This document shows, piece after piece, positions 39,275 to 48,225 of a stretch of 64,000 bases of DNA (the stretch's first letter is position 1; each line of letters begins with the position of its first letter). The notes beneath the pieces were generated by a model. That model made no database searches. It was not told the origin of the DNA and saw only the letters and a list, made by a program, of their open reading frames with translations. The DNA is from Candidatus Daviesbacteria bacterium (lineage in GTDB: Bacteria > Patescibacteriota > Microgenomatia > Daviesbacterales > UBA10151). The position numbers were made by a program, and so were the translations under genes. Where the stretch lies: assembly GCA_016432425.1 (NCBI GenBank), contig CP066688.1:84368-148367 (forward strand). Direction: 5' to 3'.

Positions 39275-41302
39275 ATGAGAAGTAAACTAGACAAATTAAA
39301 GAAACTTATTAAACAAAATCCCGGATTTGCGATTATCACCTTTATCTATTTAGCAACTTTCTTCTATATGATGCCTTTAAAAAATCAATGTTTTCAGGAT
39401 GATTGGGCTTATTCCCAATCGGTGAGAAATTTTCTACAAACAGGTAATTTTAAAATCTCCGAATGGTCATCAGCTTCATTAATTTTTCAAATGCTTTGGG
39501 GCAGTTTATTTGCCAAAATTGCTGGCGGATTTTCTTTGAAAATTTTACATCTATCTACTATATCAATTATGTACATAGGATTAATCTTTTTTTACTTAAC
39601 TTTAAAACGGTTAATCTCCGATGAAACCAGAGCTGTTATTTTTACACTATCTCTATTATTTTTCCCTTGGGTATTTCAGTTTACATATAGTTTTTTAACT
39701 GATGTTCCTTATATATCATTAATGTTTATAGCGTTATATTTTTATATAGCTGCCTTACAAACCAATAAAAAAATCCTTTTTTTGCTGGGTAGTTTATTTG
39801 CTGGTTTTGCATATCTGATTAGGCAACTTGGTATTGTTTTACCAGCAGCTATATTTTTAACTCTAATTTATCAAAGTTTGGTTAACAAAAAAATAAAGCT
39901 AATGGAAATAATTACTGCCCTAACACCTTTTTTGATTATCTCTTTTTTATATAACCAATGGTTAACAAATGGAGGCATCACCCTCTCACAGTACCAATCA
40001 GGTTTTGATCAGAGATTTAAAATCTCTACTGCGCCTTATCTATTACCAATTAGACTTGGCTTTGCCGGCATTACTAATATGGTCTATGCAGAGTTTATTA
40101 AACGGGGTGTTTTCTTCTTTCACCATATTATCGGATACCTTTTCCCGATATTTTTTATTTTTGCCATTAATTTAAAGGGGATTAAAAATTTCTTTATTCA
40201 CCATCACCAACCCATTTTGATGACAACCCTAATTTATCTTTTTTTTCTCATGATTGAAAATGTTTTTCATTTTGGCCGTCAAGAATTTAGTATAGGGATA
40301 CCCAGGCTAGTTACTAATTGGGCCCATGTTGGACCTATTGATTGGGTAAATAGCTGGATTTATCTAGTATTTATATCCTTAATATTTTTTTTGCCAGTCA
40401 TGGGAGCCACCTTCAAACATTTATCAAATTTATTATTTGCCAAAAGAAATAAACCTGCTAAGTCTGCTTTTAAAACATTGATAATTTTATTACTGTTAGT
40501 TTTTATCGTGAGAATTATTCAGGAATTTATCGCTATTTTTAAACCTCGCGTACCACAAGAGACATCTTTTTTAGAAAGCATTAAAATATATTTCCACGCC
40601 ACCTTTACTACGGCAGGTGGCGACATTGTTTATAATAATTGGATTGTTTTCTTTATATTATTCTTATTGAGTTTAATCATTATCTATTCCTTAACACATC
40701 TTAAGTTTAAGACTGAAGGAAAAACGATTGATAAAGCAATACTGTTTTTGTGGTTAGCTTTTTTTATACAAAATTGTATTCTAATATTTTTTATGTATTT
40801 TTATTGGGGACAATATATCATTGCAATTGTTCCTTTTATTATTCTATGGATAGCCTATTTTACTAGATTCTGGAAAATTAATTTGATGCAAGCAATAATA
40901 GTAATTTGCTTAATGGCTATTTTTTCAGTATCAGCTACTAAAGCTAGATACGATGATATCGGTATGCAGTGGGAAATTGGCACTCAAATGGTCCAAAAGG
41001 GAATTGAGCCTGTCAGTGTCTTTGTGGGTGAAGAATCCTGGTTGCCATGGTGGTATTATGAAGAAACACTAAAACAAGCTGTTGAACAACTAGGTGGGGA
41101 TAAATTTAAATTACCCATGAGAAGCACCTGGAGAGTGGTAAAACCAAACACTTTAAACTCCTATGGTATTATGGAGGTTCCTTTGAACTTTAAGCCCTCA
41201 GATAATCCTGACTTGAATATTATTGTAGATTCTGGTATTTATTATTCAGGTATTTTCACCCAAAAAAGAGCCATTGGTTATCAAAGTGCACCACAAAAGT
41301 AG
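39275..41302 (+). CDS. GT-C (PMT/ArnT-like) membrane glycosyltransferase
   Basis: 675 aa, polytopic. Loop motif CFQDDWAYSQSV. Soluble C-terminal domain. Confidence 0.6.
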   Translation: MRSKLDKLKKLIKQNPGFAIITFIYLATFFYMMPLKNQCFQDDWAYSQSVRNFLQTGNFKISEWSSASLIFQMLWGSLFAKIAGGFSLKILHLSTISIMYIGLIFFYLTLKRLISDETRAVIFTLSLLFFPWVFQFTYSFLTDVPYISLMFIALYFYIAALQTNKKILFLLGSLFAGFAYLIRQLGIVLPAAIFLTLIYQSLVNKKIKLMEIITALTPFLIISFLYNQWLTNGGITLSQYQSGFDQRFKISTAPYLLPIRLGFAGITNMVYAEFIKRGVFFFHHIIGYLFPIFFIFAINLKGIKNFFIHHHQPILMTTLIYLFFLMIENVFHFGRQEFSIGIPRLVTNWAHVGPIDWVNSWIYLVFISLIFFLPVMGATFKHLSNLLFAKRNKPAKSAFKTLIILLLLVFIVRIIQEFIAIFKPRVPQETSFLESIKIYFHATFTTAGGDIVYNNWIVFFILFLLSLIIIYSLTHLKFKTEGKTIDKAILFLWLAFFIQNCILIFFMYFYWGQYIIAIVPFIILWIAYFTRFWKINLMQAIIVICLMAIFSVSATKARYDDIGMQWEIGTQMVQKGIEPVSVFVGEESWLPWWYYEETLKQAVEQLGGDKFKLPMRSTWRVVKPNTLNSYGIMEVPLNFKPSDNPDLNIIVDSGIYYSGIFTQKRAIGYQSAPQK

Positions 41303-41303
41303 A

Positions 41304-42680
41304 ATGAAGAACATACAAAAAGCAATAAAATCTTTCTCCCAAAAAAAGATCCTCGTCGTCGGTGATTTAATGCTAGATTTATATACCTATGGCACCGTTA
41401 ATCGTATATCCCCTGAAGCACCTGTACCAATTTTACTAAAAACTGACGAAAAATACTCACCTGGAGGCGCAGCCAATGTAGCTAATAATTTAAGGGGATT
41501 AGGAGCGGAAGTAGCTGTTTGTGGAATAGCAGGTGAGGATTCTAACGGGGAGAGATTATTGGTTTTATTAAATGAACTAGGCATTGATACCAAAGCAGTC
41601 ATTAAAACTCCAGATTTTCCGACTACATTAAAACAAAGATTAATCGCCGAAAATCGCCAAATAGTTAGGGTCGACGAAGAAAACATCCAAGAATTAAATC
41701 CTAAGGAGCAAAAAGATATTTTAACTTGGATAGAATTTTTAGTTGGTAAATACGATGCCATCATTTTGTCAGATTATGCCAAGGGTGTATTCACTAAAAA
41801 CTTAACATCTGAAATTATTAAATTAGCAAAAAAACATAATAAGTTGATAACTGCAGATATCAAACCTGTCAACAAATCGCTATTTAAAGGCGCCCATCTA
41901 ATTTTTCCGAATTTGAAAGAAGCAGAAGAAATGACCGGAGGTAACACCATTAATGAAATGGGGGCTCATCTAGTGAAATATTTTAACTGTGATGTAGTAA
42001 TCACTAAAGGAGCAGAAGGAATGGCAGTCTTTCAGCGCGACAACATTTATTTTGAGATACCTGGAAGAAAAATTGAAGTTTTTGATGTGAGTGGTGCAGG
42101 GGATACAGTAATAGCCGTTATTACGCTAGGTTTAATTAGTAATCTGAACCTCAACGACTCTGCCAATTTGGCAAATTTTGCAGGTAGTATCGTAGTACAA
42201 AAAGCTGGTACTGCCTCTATTAAGCTAGAAGAACTAGAGGCTTACATCAACATAGGTAAGTATCATATTGATAATGTTGAAATAGTACCAAAAGTTTGGG
42301 GGTATGAGAAATGGCTAGAAAATAATAGCCGGTATTGCTCTAAATTGCTTTTTTTAAAACAGGATTATCAATGTAGTTTGCACTATCATAAAGTTAAAGA
42401 TGAGCTATTTTTGGTCACCTCTGGACATGTCCGATTTGAACTGGGAAAAGAGATTATACATCTGATGCCTGGTAGTTTTATCAGAGTTCCTCCTAAAACT
42501 TTACACCGATATAGAGGAATTGTAGACTCAGAAATACTGGAAGTAAGTACTCACCATAGCGAAAAAGACTCCTACAGATTAGAACCCAGTAGAAAAATCG
42601 AAATAGACAATACTAAATCTTTTCATAAGGCTGTGATTGTTGACAGCAAGGCTATCATTCCAGATGAAAGTACACTTTAA
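41304..42680 (+). CDS. Fusion protein. N-terminal D-glycero-beta-D-manno-heptose-7-phosphate kinase (HldE domain I, PfkB family). C-terminal PMI-type-II-like cupin domain replacing the usual adenylyltransferase domain.
   Basis: Kinase domain: ILVVGDLMLDLYTYG..RISPEAPVP...GGAANVANN...DVSGAGDTVIAV. Cupin domain: WGYEKW...SLHYHKVKDELFLVTSGH...LMPGSFIRVPPKTLHRYRG...ILEVSTHHSEKDSYRLE. This aligns motif for motif with the AlgA/ManC C-terminal PMI cupin (WG..HHHR.EHW.VVSG...GES..IP.G..HRL.N.G...EV..G.Y..EDDI.R.ED). Confidence 0.8.
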   Translation: MKNIQKAIKSFSQKKILVVGDLMLDLYTYGTVNRISPEAPVPILLKTDEKYSPGGAANVANNLRGLGAEVAVCGIAGEDSNGERLLVLLNELGIDTKAVIKTPDFPTTLKQRLIAENRQIVRVDEENIQELNPKEQKDILTWIEFLVGKYDAIILSDYAKGVFTKNLTSEIIKLAKKHNKLITADIKPVNKSLFKGAHLIFPNLKEAEEMTGGNTINEMGAHLVKYFNCDVVITKGAEGMAVFQRDNIYFEIPGRKIEVFDVSGAGDTVIAVITLGLISNLNLNDSANLANFAGSIVVQKAGTASIKLEELEAYINIGKYHIDNVEIVPKVWGYEKWLENNSRYCSKLLFLKQDYQCSLHYHKVKDELFLVTSGHVRFELGKEIIHLMPGSFIRVPPKTLHRYRGIVDSEILEVSTHHSEKDSYRLEPSRKIEIDNTKSFHKAVIVDSKAIIPDESTL

Positions 42681-43239
42681 AACGCCCCAGAAAACCCTGG
42701 TCAAAGCTGTTTTCTTAGATCGCGATGGAACTATCAACAATAATCAAACGGGGTATACTTATAAAATTAACGATTTTGTCTGCCTACCAGGAGTCATAGA
42801 ATCATTAGTTAAGTTTTCAAAGACTTCCTACAAAATTATCATTCTTACTAACCAATCTGGAATAGGCAGAAAATATTTTAGTTTCTCTCAATTCCATAAA
42901 TTAAATAATTGGATGCTAAAAGAGTTTAAAAAAAATAATGTTAGAATAGATAAAGTTTTTTTCTGCCCTCATCATCCACAAAATAACTGCTCTTGCCGCA
43001 AACCAAAACCTGGTCTAATAATACAAGCTGTACAAACTTTTGGAATATCTTTAGAAGAAAGTTGGCTAATCGGGGATGACGAAAGGGATATTATTTTAGC
43101 CAAAACAGTTAACTTACGGTCAATTAAAATAGGCGCCAAGATAAGTAGAAAATTAAAGTTAGAGCCCAATTATTATGTAAAAAATTTGCCGGAAGCCTTG
43201 GATATAATTACCAATCAAGATAGACTAAGTTTGTTATAA
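42664..43239 (+). CDS. gmhB: D-glycero-D-manno-heptose 1,7-bisphosphate phosphatase (HAD-IIIA family)
   Basis: KAVFLDRDGTIN, ILTNQSGIGR, CxC RKPKPG, LIGDDERD. These are the GmhB/HisB-N family signatures. Start chosen at MKVHFK. Confidence 0.75.
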   Translation: MKVHFKTPQKTLVKAVFLDRDGTINNNQTGYTYKINDFVCLPGVIESLVKFSKTSYKIIILTNQSGIGRKYFSFSQFHKLNNWMLKEFKKNNVRIDKVFFCPHHPQNNCSCRKPKPGLIIQAVQTFGISLEESWLIGDDERDIILAKTVNLRSIKIGAKISRKLKLEPNYYVKNLPEALDIITNQDRLSLL

Positions 43240-44510
43240 GCATTTATATGAGCAAGCAAATCTTTCATATTATAAGTGGTCACATCAGTCATTTTAGGTT
43301 TCGGCAAACCCATTATTTTATACATGTACGGTAGAACCTCTTTAACCTTTAACTCTGACATACATAAATTATCTATACAGGGAGACCTCCTGGCATTATA
43401 AGTATTAATACAAGGATCACAAGCTAAACCTGCAGACAAAGAAACGTTTCTGGTACTTAAGGGGGCATATAATAAGGGAGTTTCCGGACCAAATAAAGAA
43501 ATTATATAAATTGGAGTCATGGCAGCAAAATGGGCCGGGCCGCTATCATTGGTTACCATTAAATGCGAGATGTTGTAAAGGGTAAGCAATTCATAAATAT
43601 CAGTTTGTCCGGCAAAATTTATACAAAGAGGGTGATTAATTTTATTTTCTACATCTTGAATATAATTAATCTCTTTGGCAGTTCCAATTAAAATAATTGC
43701 CGTGTTGCCTTGTTTTAATATTTCCTGAGCTAATTTAGCAAAATACTCTTTTGGCCATTTTCTTTCGGGAACAAAATCACTGGCATGAGTGTTAAAAATA
43801 ACTAACTTCATGGAAGGATTAATTTTCGGATTTAAAGATTGTATTTTCTTCCATAAATTTTCAATTTCATTTTTAGAAGATTTGTAGCGGGGTACCCTCA
43901 GGTTACCAGTTAATCTCTTTTTTAATAGAGGTATAGAATTAAATGGCTCTTTAATAGATTTTGCTAAAGTTAAAAAAGCTAAACTGGTATGTAAATAATG
44001 ATTATAGATTACCTTATGAGTAAAAAAATCTCCTCTATACAATCCTTCCATGTGGTATTTATAAAACCCAATATGGATGGGTGATTTTATCAAATAACCC
44101 AGTATAGCTGATATTCGAGAGAATAATTCAAAATCTACAATTACATCGATTTTTTGATCTCTTAACATTTTAGCTGCTTTCAAAGTATCAAATATCAAAT
44201 GGGGAATTGACGAATTATTAATTAAGTAGATATTTTTTTCTGGAAAAGATTTTAATATTTTAACAATCTCCTCATTTCCTGAGAATGTTAAAAAATACAA
44301 TTGCGCCTCTGGATATTCTTTTTTAATAAAATTAATTGCCGGGAAAGATAAAATTGTACTACCCATTTCCGAAATTTTAATAAATAAAATTTTTTTTATT
44401 TTCTTTGGCTCTCTTCTTCTTCTGGTAACTCTAGACCATTGGCTTAAAAACCAGCAAATTCTGGAACCGATAATTCTGTCTATATTTCTGACTCTATTAG
44501 GATCGATCAT
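43215..44510 (-). CDS. GT9 family glycosyltransferase (heptosyltransferase-like)
   Basis: ILFIKISEMGSTILSFPAI at the N-terminus. C-terminal VTNDSGPAHFAAMTPIYIISLFGP, which is the WaaC/WaaF-family signature. Confidence 0.75.
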   Translation of the reverse strand: MIDPNRVRNIDRIIGSRICWFLSQWSRVTRRRREPKKIKKILFIKISEMGSTILSFPAINFIKKEYPEAQLYFLTFSGNEEIVKILKSFPEKNIYLINNSSIPHLIFDTLKAAKMLRDQKIDVIVDFELFSRISAILGYLIKSPIHIGFYKYHMEGLYRGDFFTHKVIYNHYLHTSLAFLTLAKSIKEPFNSIPLLKKRLTGNLRVPRYKSSKNEIENLWKKIQSLNPKINPSMKLVIFNTHASDFVPERKWPKEYFAKLAQEILKQGNTAIILIGTAKEINYIQDVENKINHPLCINFAGQTDIYELLTLYNISHLMVTNDSGPAHFAAMTPIYIISLFGPETPLLYAPLSTRNVSLSAGLACDPCINTYNARRSPCIDNLCMSELKVKEVLPYMYKIMGLPKPKMTDVTTYNMKDLLAHINAYNKLSLS

Positions 44511-44533
44511 GAAATTCGACTAGTATATCATAG

Positions 44534-44548
44534 TGATAATGATTATCA
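44534..44548. promoter_or_regulatory. Perfect 7-1-7 inverted repeat TGATAAT-G-ATTATCA, a Fur-box-like operator, in the divergent promoter region between the GT9 gene and a methyltransferase gene
   Basis: Read directly from the sequence. It matches the 7-1-7 Fur box description tGATAATnATTATCa exactly. Confidence 0.35.
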
Positions 44549-44570
44549 GTATGGTATTATTTGATGAAGT

Positions 44571-45434
44571 ATGCAGCCAAAATGTCCATTTTGCAAGAGT
44601 AGAAATAACAAAAAGTTAAGACAACTAACTTACAACTGCGTCTTTTTTTGTCACAACTGCCGATTAGGTTTTCAATATCCACTTTTAAAAAAGAACTCCA
44701 TAAAAAAATACTATAAAGAATCTATCTATCCGCAAGTATGGGGAGACCATACGGGTTCTTTTGGTGAAATGAAAAAAATAACTTACCAGTGGATTTTCAA
44801 ACACTTGGGTAAAGGTCGCGGTGAAAAATTATTAGATATTGGCACTGGATATGGTTTTGCCCTCTTAGAAGCCAAGAGGAAAGGATACCAACCAGTTGGT
44901 ATAGAACCATCACCTGAATTATCTAAAATCGCAAGCAAAGCTCACGGTGTAAAAGTGATTAATGATTTTTTTGAGAATGTAAAATTTCCCATAGAAAGTT
45001 TTCATCTCGTTTCAATGTTTGATTCAATAGAGCATATGCTAAACCCACAGGCCAGTCTTAAAAAGGCAGCTGCGCTGGTAAAACCTGGGGGTTTTTTAGT
45101 TATTACCACACCTGATATTAATAGTTTGTCAGCAAAATTATTCTATAAATACTGGTTCCATTTAAAAAATGAGCACTATTATTATTTCAATAAAGAAATC
45201 TTGAAAAATCTCCTATTAAAAAATGGGTTTACTGTCAAAATTAGTATGGGGCAAAAAAGACCTTTAACGCTAAAGTATATCGAGAATCATTTCCGAATTT
45301 ATCCCATCCCCTTTTTATCTATTACATTTCGCCATTTATTATCTTTGGTTCCTACAAAGATCAAAAATAAAATATTCACTATTTATGATGGTAATCTTTT
45401 TATGGTCGCTCAAAAATCCGTGAAAATAGCATAG
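44571..45434 (+). CDS. Class I SAM-dependent methyltransferase with N-terminal Zn-ribbon, paralog of 18965..19786
   Basis: CPFCKS...CHNCRL, then LLDIGTGYGF...HLVSMFDSIEHM...VKPGGFLVITTP. Confidence 0.75.
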   Translation: MQPKCPFCKSRNNKKLRQLTYNCVFFCHNCRLGFQYPLLKKNSIKKYYKESIYPQVWGDHTGSFGEMKKITYQWIFKHLGKGRGEKLLDIGTGYGFALLEAKRKGYQPVGIEPSPELSKIASKAHGVKVINDFFENVKFPIESFHLVSMFDSIEHMLNPQASLKKAAALVKPGGFLVITTPDINSLSAKLFYKYWFHLKNEHYYYFNKEILKNLLLKNGFTVKISMGQKRPLTLKYIENHFRIYPIPFLSITFRHLLSLVPTKIKNKIFTIYDGNLFMVAQKSVKIA

Positions 45435-46335
45435 TCATTAGAAAAAATATTCCTTCTGTCAGTAAGGTAGAAACTCTAAATAAAATAGCCACTAAAGATG
45501 AGACGGGTAAAGTTAAGTAAGGCGCCAAAAAGGTGGCCAAAGAAAGCTCCGTCACTCCCAGTCCTGCCGGGGCAAAAGGAGAGATATAACCTAAAAGCCA
45601 GGAGATTGAGAAAGCTCCTACAAAAGTAGGTAAAAGAGAAATATCGACATTGACCACAGAATTAGCTAGATAAAACAATACTAAACCCCAAAGCCAAAAC
45701 CTGATAAAAAAGATTGTTAAAATTAGCATAATCCATCCGGGCTTAAATTTTATTTTTTGGAGGTCAGGCATTTTTTTACCCATTAAGCTCAACAGTTTTC
45801 CGATCAATTGAATTGTCTTCTCGTTGGCAAATAAAATAAGTAGTACTGGTAACATTGCAAAAATTAACAGCATTGGTTTAAGTCTTGTTATCAGGGGTAG
45901 GGTAGAAATTTCAGCAGGTAATTGCCAAAACAAAAAAGAAATTAAAACAACTACCGCTCCCAAACTTAAATTAAGCATCACCTCTCCAGCAATAGCCGTT
46001 CCCATCGCCACTGGCGGAATTTTTTCCTCTGATAATAGATACACTCTAGTCGGATATTGCCAAATTTTTCCCGGCAAAAAACGGGTGACACTGGAAAAAA
46101 TCCAAGCTTTCAAGTTAGTTCTAAAAGAAATATTTAAATTTAAGCCGTTAGTTAAAAAATGCCAGGAAACAATATTTAGTAAATACCCCAGGAAAATTAA
46201 TATAATAGTCAATATAAAATTGAAGGGATTAAATCGTAGTGTTGATAAAGTGATCTCTGACCATTGGCTAAAGATTTGTTTGATTAAAAATCCAAAAGCC
46301 CCAATAATTAAAATATAAATTATTTTTTTGCGCAT
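45400..46335 (-). CDS. Flippase-like integral membrane protein (UPF0104 / LPG-synthase TM-domain family)
   Basis: 311 aa with about 8 TM helices. RFLPGKIWQYPTRVYLL...PFAPAGLGVTE. Paralog of 37824..38714. Confidence 0.6.
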   Translation of the reverse strand: MRKKIIYILIIGAFGFLIKQIFSQWSEITLSTLRFNPFNFILTIILIFLGYLLNIVSWHFLTNGLNLNISFRTNLKAWIFSSVTRFLPGKIWQYPTRVYLLSEEKIPPVAMGTAIAGEVMLNLSLGAVVVLISFLFWQLPAEISTLPLITRLKPMLLIFAMLPVLLILFANEKTIQLIGKLLSLMGKKMPDLQKIKFKPGWIMLILTIFFIRFWLWGLVLFYLANSVVNVDISLLPTFVGAFSISWLLGYISPFAPAGLGVTELSLATFLAPYLTLPVSSLVAILFRVSTLLTEGIFFLMTMLFSRIFERP

Positions 46336-47429
46336 TTTATTATTAGTTCATTACTTTGTTTTCTGGAATTTTCCCAAGAAAATTGCCTGCTCCAAAAGAT
46401 AGCACCCTTTTTCAGCTTTTCATATAAAGTTTGATCCTGCAAAAGACTCATCACATTGGCCGCTAAATCTTGTGGTGAATTTTCCTGGCAAAGTATCCCA
46501 CTGATACCATCTTTAACAGAGTCAATAAGTCCAGAACTTTTGTAAGCCACAACCGGAGTCCCCACGCCATTAGCTTCTATATTAACCAAACCCCACCCTT
46601 CCCTAACTGAAGGATTAACTAAAATATGAGCTTTAGATAAAAGTTCAAACTTTTTATCTTGAGAGACAAAGCCAAAAAAAGTAATTTTATTTTTTAACAT
46701 CTTAGTTTTCTCTTTTAGATAGGCTAGATAATTTGGGTCTCCTTTACCCACTACCCAAAAATTAAATTGCCCACTTTTATCTAAAATTTTAAAAGCCTCA
46801 ATTGCGCTTTCAATACCTTTATCTTTAGCCAAAGCTCCCAAAAAAATTATGGTGTTAATTTTTTCCTTAATAATCTGATTGGGTATTTTTACAATAACGC
46901 CATGGTGAACTATGTTGATATTTTTAAGGTTGATACCCATTTTTATTAAATCTTCTTTGGCTGAGGCCGAACCGGTCATAAAAGGGATATTTTTGTAAAA
47001 CAAAAAAATAATCGGTTCGGTAATAAAACCAACAAAACCTATGATCCAATTTAGGGGCCAGGATAGATGGTTTAAAAACCAAACTTCTTTGGCTACTTCC
47101 TGGATTAAAGCCAGCTTCTTCGCTTTGACATAAAAAGGGGTAAAAAGGGGGATACCATGGAAAGAGTCTATTACCAAATCAAATTTTTTGTGTCTACCAA
47201 ACAAATACCAAAAAAAAGCAGCTATCTGTACCCCAATAAATTGGCTGCCTTGCCTTATGATATGGACACCATCCAAAGTTTCTTCTTTTGGCCCCCCAAA
47301 ATCAGAGGAAAATAAAGTCACAGAGTGCCCGGCTTTAATCCAACCTTTAGAGTGTTCATGGACAACCTGCTCTGCCCCCCCATTTAATGGATGTTTAGGA
47401 TCACGCCAAGAAAGTATAAGAATATTCAT
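46320..47429 (-). CDS. GT4 family (GT-B) glycosyltransferase
   Basis: ILVNPSVREGWGLVNIEANGVGTPVVAYKSSG (Glycos_transf_1). Confidence 0.8.
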   Translation of the reverse strand: MNILILSWRDPKHPLNGGAEQVVHEHSKGWIKAGHSVTLFSSDFGGPKEETLDGVHIIRQGSQFIGVQIAAFFWYLFGRHKKFDLVIDSFHGIPLFTPFYVKAKKLALIQEVAKEVWFLNHLSWPLNWIIGFVGFITEPIIFLFYKNIPFMTGSASAKEDLIKMGINLKNINIVHHGVIVKIPNQIIKEKINTIIFLGALAKDKGIESAIEAFKILDKSGQFNFWVVGKGDPNYLAYLKEKTKMLKNKITFFGFVSQDKKFELLSKAHILVNPSVREGWGLVNIEANGVGTPVVAYKSSGLIDSVKDGISGILCQENSPQDLAANVMSLLQDQTLYEKLKKGAIFWSRQFSWENSRKQSNELIIKCAKK

Positions 47430-47436
47430 GAGGTTT

Positions 47437-48225
47437 CTAACCTACATTTACCCTAAATTGCAAGTCCGGATCGTAAACCCAATTACGTTGGTTGCGGTCA
47501 TTATAATAATGCAAAACTCGCAGGCGATAAAAAACAGTCAGAGAGTCCCACACCATCTTAAAAATAGTGGACCATTTAATCCGGCTGGTGCGGGCATCAA
47601 AAGTTACCTCAATCGGCGCTTCATAAATTCTTCTAAATCCTAAATTAAAAGCTACTGCCAGCATTTCAATATCCATGGCGTATCTTTTAACCAGCAACCT
47701 GGGCAACACTTTTTCTAGCACTTCCCTTTTAAAAATTTTTAGCCCGCTTTGGGTATCAGTAATGGGAATGCTAAATAAAATTTTGACCCCTAGATGGTAA
47801 CCAATACTTAAAATGTGCCTAAACAAGGGGTAATTTACATGAGAAACCGGGTGTCTCTTTGATCCGACGATAATGTCGGCATTATACCATTCCATATGGG
47901 CCATCAGCATCATAATCCCCTTGGGAGAAATATCCATTCCGGCATCTAAAAATGAGACCAACTCCCCTTGTGAACGAACCATCCCAAACCTCACCGCATA
48001 ACCCTTGCCTTTATTGTGTTCATAACCTACCACCTTTACCTTAGGATATTTAACTTTTTGGGCCTGCTCATATGTCTTATCCAAAAACCCGTCCACCACA
48101 CAAATAATTTCATAATCCATCTCTTTTAAACCCATCTTTAAGGTGTGGTTGATATTTTCCAAATCCTTTTTGATGGTATGCTCTTGTTTGTAGGCTGGGA
48201 CGATTACTGATAACAATTTTTTCAT
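47437..48225 (-). CDS. GT2 polyprenyl-phosphate glycosyltransferase, DPM1-like
   Basis: LSVIVPAYKQEHTI...VVDGFLDKT...FLDAGMD. Start chosen at MKKLLS, giving an ATGA overlap with the upstream wzx-like gene. Confidence 0.8.
   Translation of the reverse strand: MKKLLSVIVPAYKQEHTIKKDLENINHTLKMGLKEMDYEIICVVDGFLDKTYEQAQKVKYPKVKVVGYEHNKGKGYAVRFGMVRSQGELVSFLDAGMDISPKGIMMLMAHMEWYNADIIVGSKRHPVSHVNYPLFRHILSIGYHLGVKILFSIPITDTQSGLKIFKREVLEKVLPRLLVKRYAMDIEMLAVAFNLGFRRIYEAPIEVTFDARTSRIKWSTIFKMVWDSLTVFYRLRVLHYYNDRNQRNWVYDPDLQFRVNVG

Noticed and set aside
39969-43169. Small ORFs at 39969(+), 41387(-) and 42972(-)
   Set aside because: Inside or antisense to GT-C, the kinase-cupin fusion and gmhB.
45824-47643. 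164-aa and 151-aa plus ORFs
   Set aside because: Antisense to the flippase-like gene 45400..46335 and the GT4 gene 46320..47429. The translations are low-complexity.
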